A stretch of 63,958 bases of DNA, the filler included, from Octopus bimaculoides (taxonomy: Eukaryota): NCBI RefSeq assembly GCF_001194135.2. It is 6 parts of 6 records of this genome, joined end to end, with 100 filler letters (N's around TTAATTAATTAA, not from the genome) between each part and the next. Parts side by side here need not be neighbours in the genome. Positions count along the whole stretch, not along the records: positions 62,759 to 63,958 come from NC_068996.1; 5 more parts are not named here. The stretch is one strand, 5' to 3'. A model generated the notes under the pieces. It did not search any database, was not told the origin of the DNA, and worked only from the letters and a program-made list of their open reading frames with translations. Of the stretch, positions 62,759 through 63,958 are shown piece after piece. How positions within the stretch are numbered: position 1 is the stretch's first letter; every line of letters starts with the position of its first letter. A program made the position numbers and the translations under genes.

Positions 62759-62993
62759 CAAGCATTTCTATAGCCAATTAGACGGATGAAATTTACGTAT
62801 GCTTAATAATTTTACGCAAAACAGCCTTCAGACTTTCCCTATTAATTTCATCGTCTTTTGAATTATGAACATATTTACATCATAAGGGTCTTTTCGTTGT
62901 AAGGCTTTCTTTTTTAGTTGATTTTCACCTAGCAAGACTTATCGTAGATGGCGTAATAAGTCACACCCGGACAAGGTCGGGTTATACTGCTAG
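62759..62993 (+). mobile_element. Helitron 3' terminus (5' part lost in a gap)
   Basis: Hairpin ACCCG-GACAAGGT-CGGGT (62965-62982), 7 nt, then CTAG (62990-62993) followed by T. Confidence 0.7.
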
Positions 62994-63771
62994 TATTCTA
63001 TATAATTGAGTAGTATAGCTTTGGTTATGGTAGGTCAGAAAGTTACCATTAGTTTCACAGCTACTATTGTGGTCACACGAGATGATTTTCGAGATATTTC
63101 TAAAACACTGGCAATGGAAAACATTCACCATATTCCAAATCTTATTCATTTATTTCCATGTTTCACTTGGTCATACAACTCAATTATAAAACAGAAAAAA
63201 AAACTTGAGGCTTGCAAATGTCAAGATTATTTTCTCAGGTCAATGGAGAGAAACTTGTTTGTGTTTTTGTTTTAGCTCACTGTACCATTTTACATGGGAA
63301 TACAGGAATGCTAAGAACTTGCTTCAGAATATTTCTTACACAAAGGAATAGTTATTCCTCTTGACATTTTAATTACTTGCAGCTTGAAAACCATAAATTG
63401 ACGTGGAAACACCAATTTATGATGCAAATATTTATTGTAAGTATAAAGTGTGATAGCTGGATGGTTGTCTTTGTCATAATTATTACTAAAATGCAAGCAA
63501 TGAATGATAGAAATGATATAGCAATGAATTAAAAGGTTTGTGGTATTTAGTAATGTCTCTCTCTTATGTTCACATCCTGTCTAGGTCACACTTACACATT
63601 TCATCATTGTGTAGTTAATAAATAATTCACTGTTGCCTGCTACTCCAAAATGTGTGACCTTGTGTCTATTTTTAGAAATTGTTGTTGTTGTTGTTGTCGT
63701 CGTCGTCGTCGTCGTCGTTGTTGTTGTTGTTTTGCCATTCATCATTTGGGTGTCGATACAATAACAGCCAA

Positions 63772-63843
63772 GCACCAGGGCCAATGTAATCGACTATTGC
63801 CCCCACCCTGCAAAATTTCAGGCCTTAGCCTATAGTAGAAAAA

Positions 63844-63910
<67 letters not shown>
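63772..63910 (+). mobile_element. SINE family B 3' end with long (ATT)n tail
   Basis: GTAATCGACT..AAAATTTCAGGCCTTAGCCTATAGTAGAAAAAATT(ATT)n. Confidence 0.75.
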
Positions 63911-63911
<1 letters not shown>

Positions 63912-63958
63912 CATCAACATTATTGTTATTATTATTTTGTCTATTATGAAAGACTCTC

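Noticed and set aside
63000-63350. Acceptor-like sites suggesting host exons near the right end
   Set aside because: No paired donor with a recognisable open frame.

Overview
Eukaryotic, AT-rich, gap-riddled (many N runs) and repeat-dominated 64 kb with no recognisable host protein-coding gene, rRNA, genuine tRNA or CRISPR array. The repeat landscape looks like a coleoid cephalopod (Octopus-like) intergenic or intronic region; this is inference from remembered repeat families, not a database search. It comprises dense (AT)n/(GT)n/(CATA)n/(ATT)n microsatellites, three tRNA-headed SINE families (A, B, C here) and decayed transposon fragments. The fragments are two mariner, several Penelope-like (PLE), an RTE 3' end, two RLE-type (R4/Dong-like) LINE families, Helitron pieces and a TA-flanked MITE. 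Nearly all long ORFs in the track are artefacts of Ns or microsatellites. The best leads are: (1) an RLE LINE family whose three copies all abut (CATA)n at their junctions, suggesting microsatellite targeting; (2) minimal hammerhead ribozymes in two PLE terminal-repeat families, one apparently intact at 36925-36970; (3) a candidate minus-strand promoter/first exon at about 29.58-29.79 kb with a long hairpin of paired NF-kB/CSL-like sites; (4) closely spaced inverted SINE pairs, which are potential dsRNA/ADAR substrates; (5) a CpG-decayed block at 59.6-62.7 kb. Boundaries of decayed elements are approximate (about 10-30 nt).
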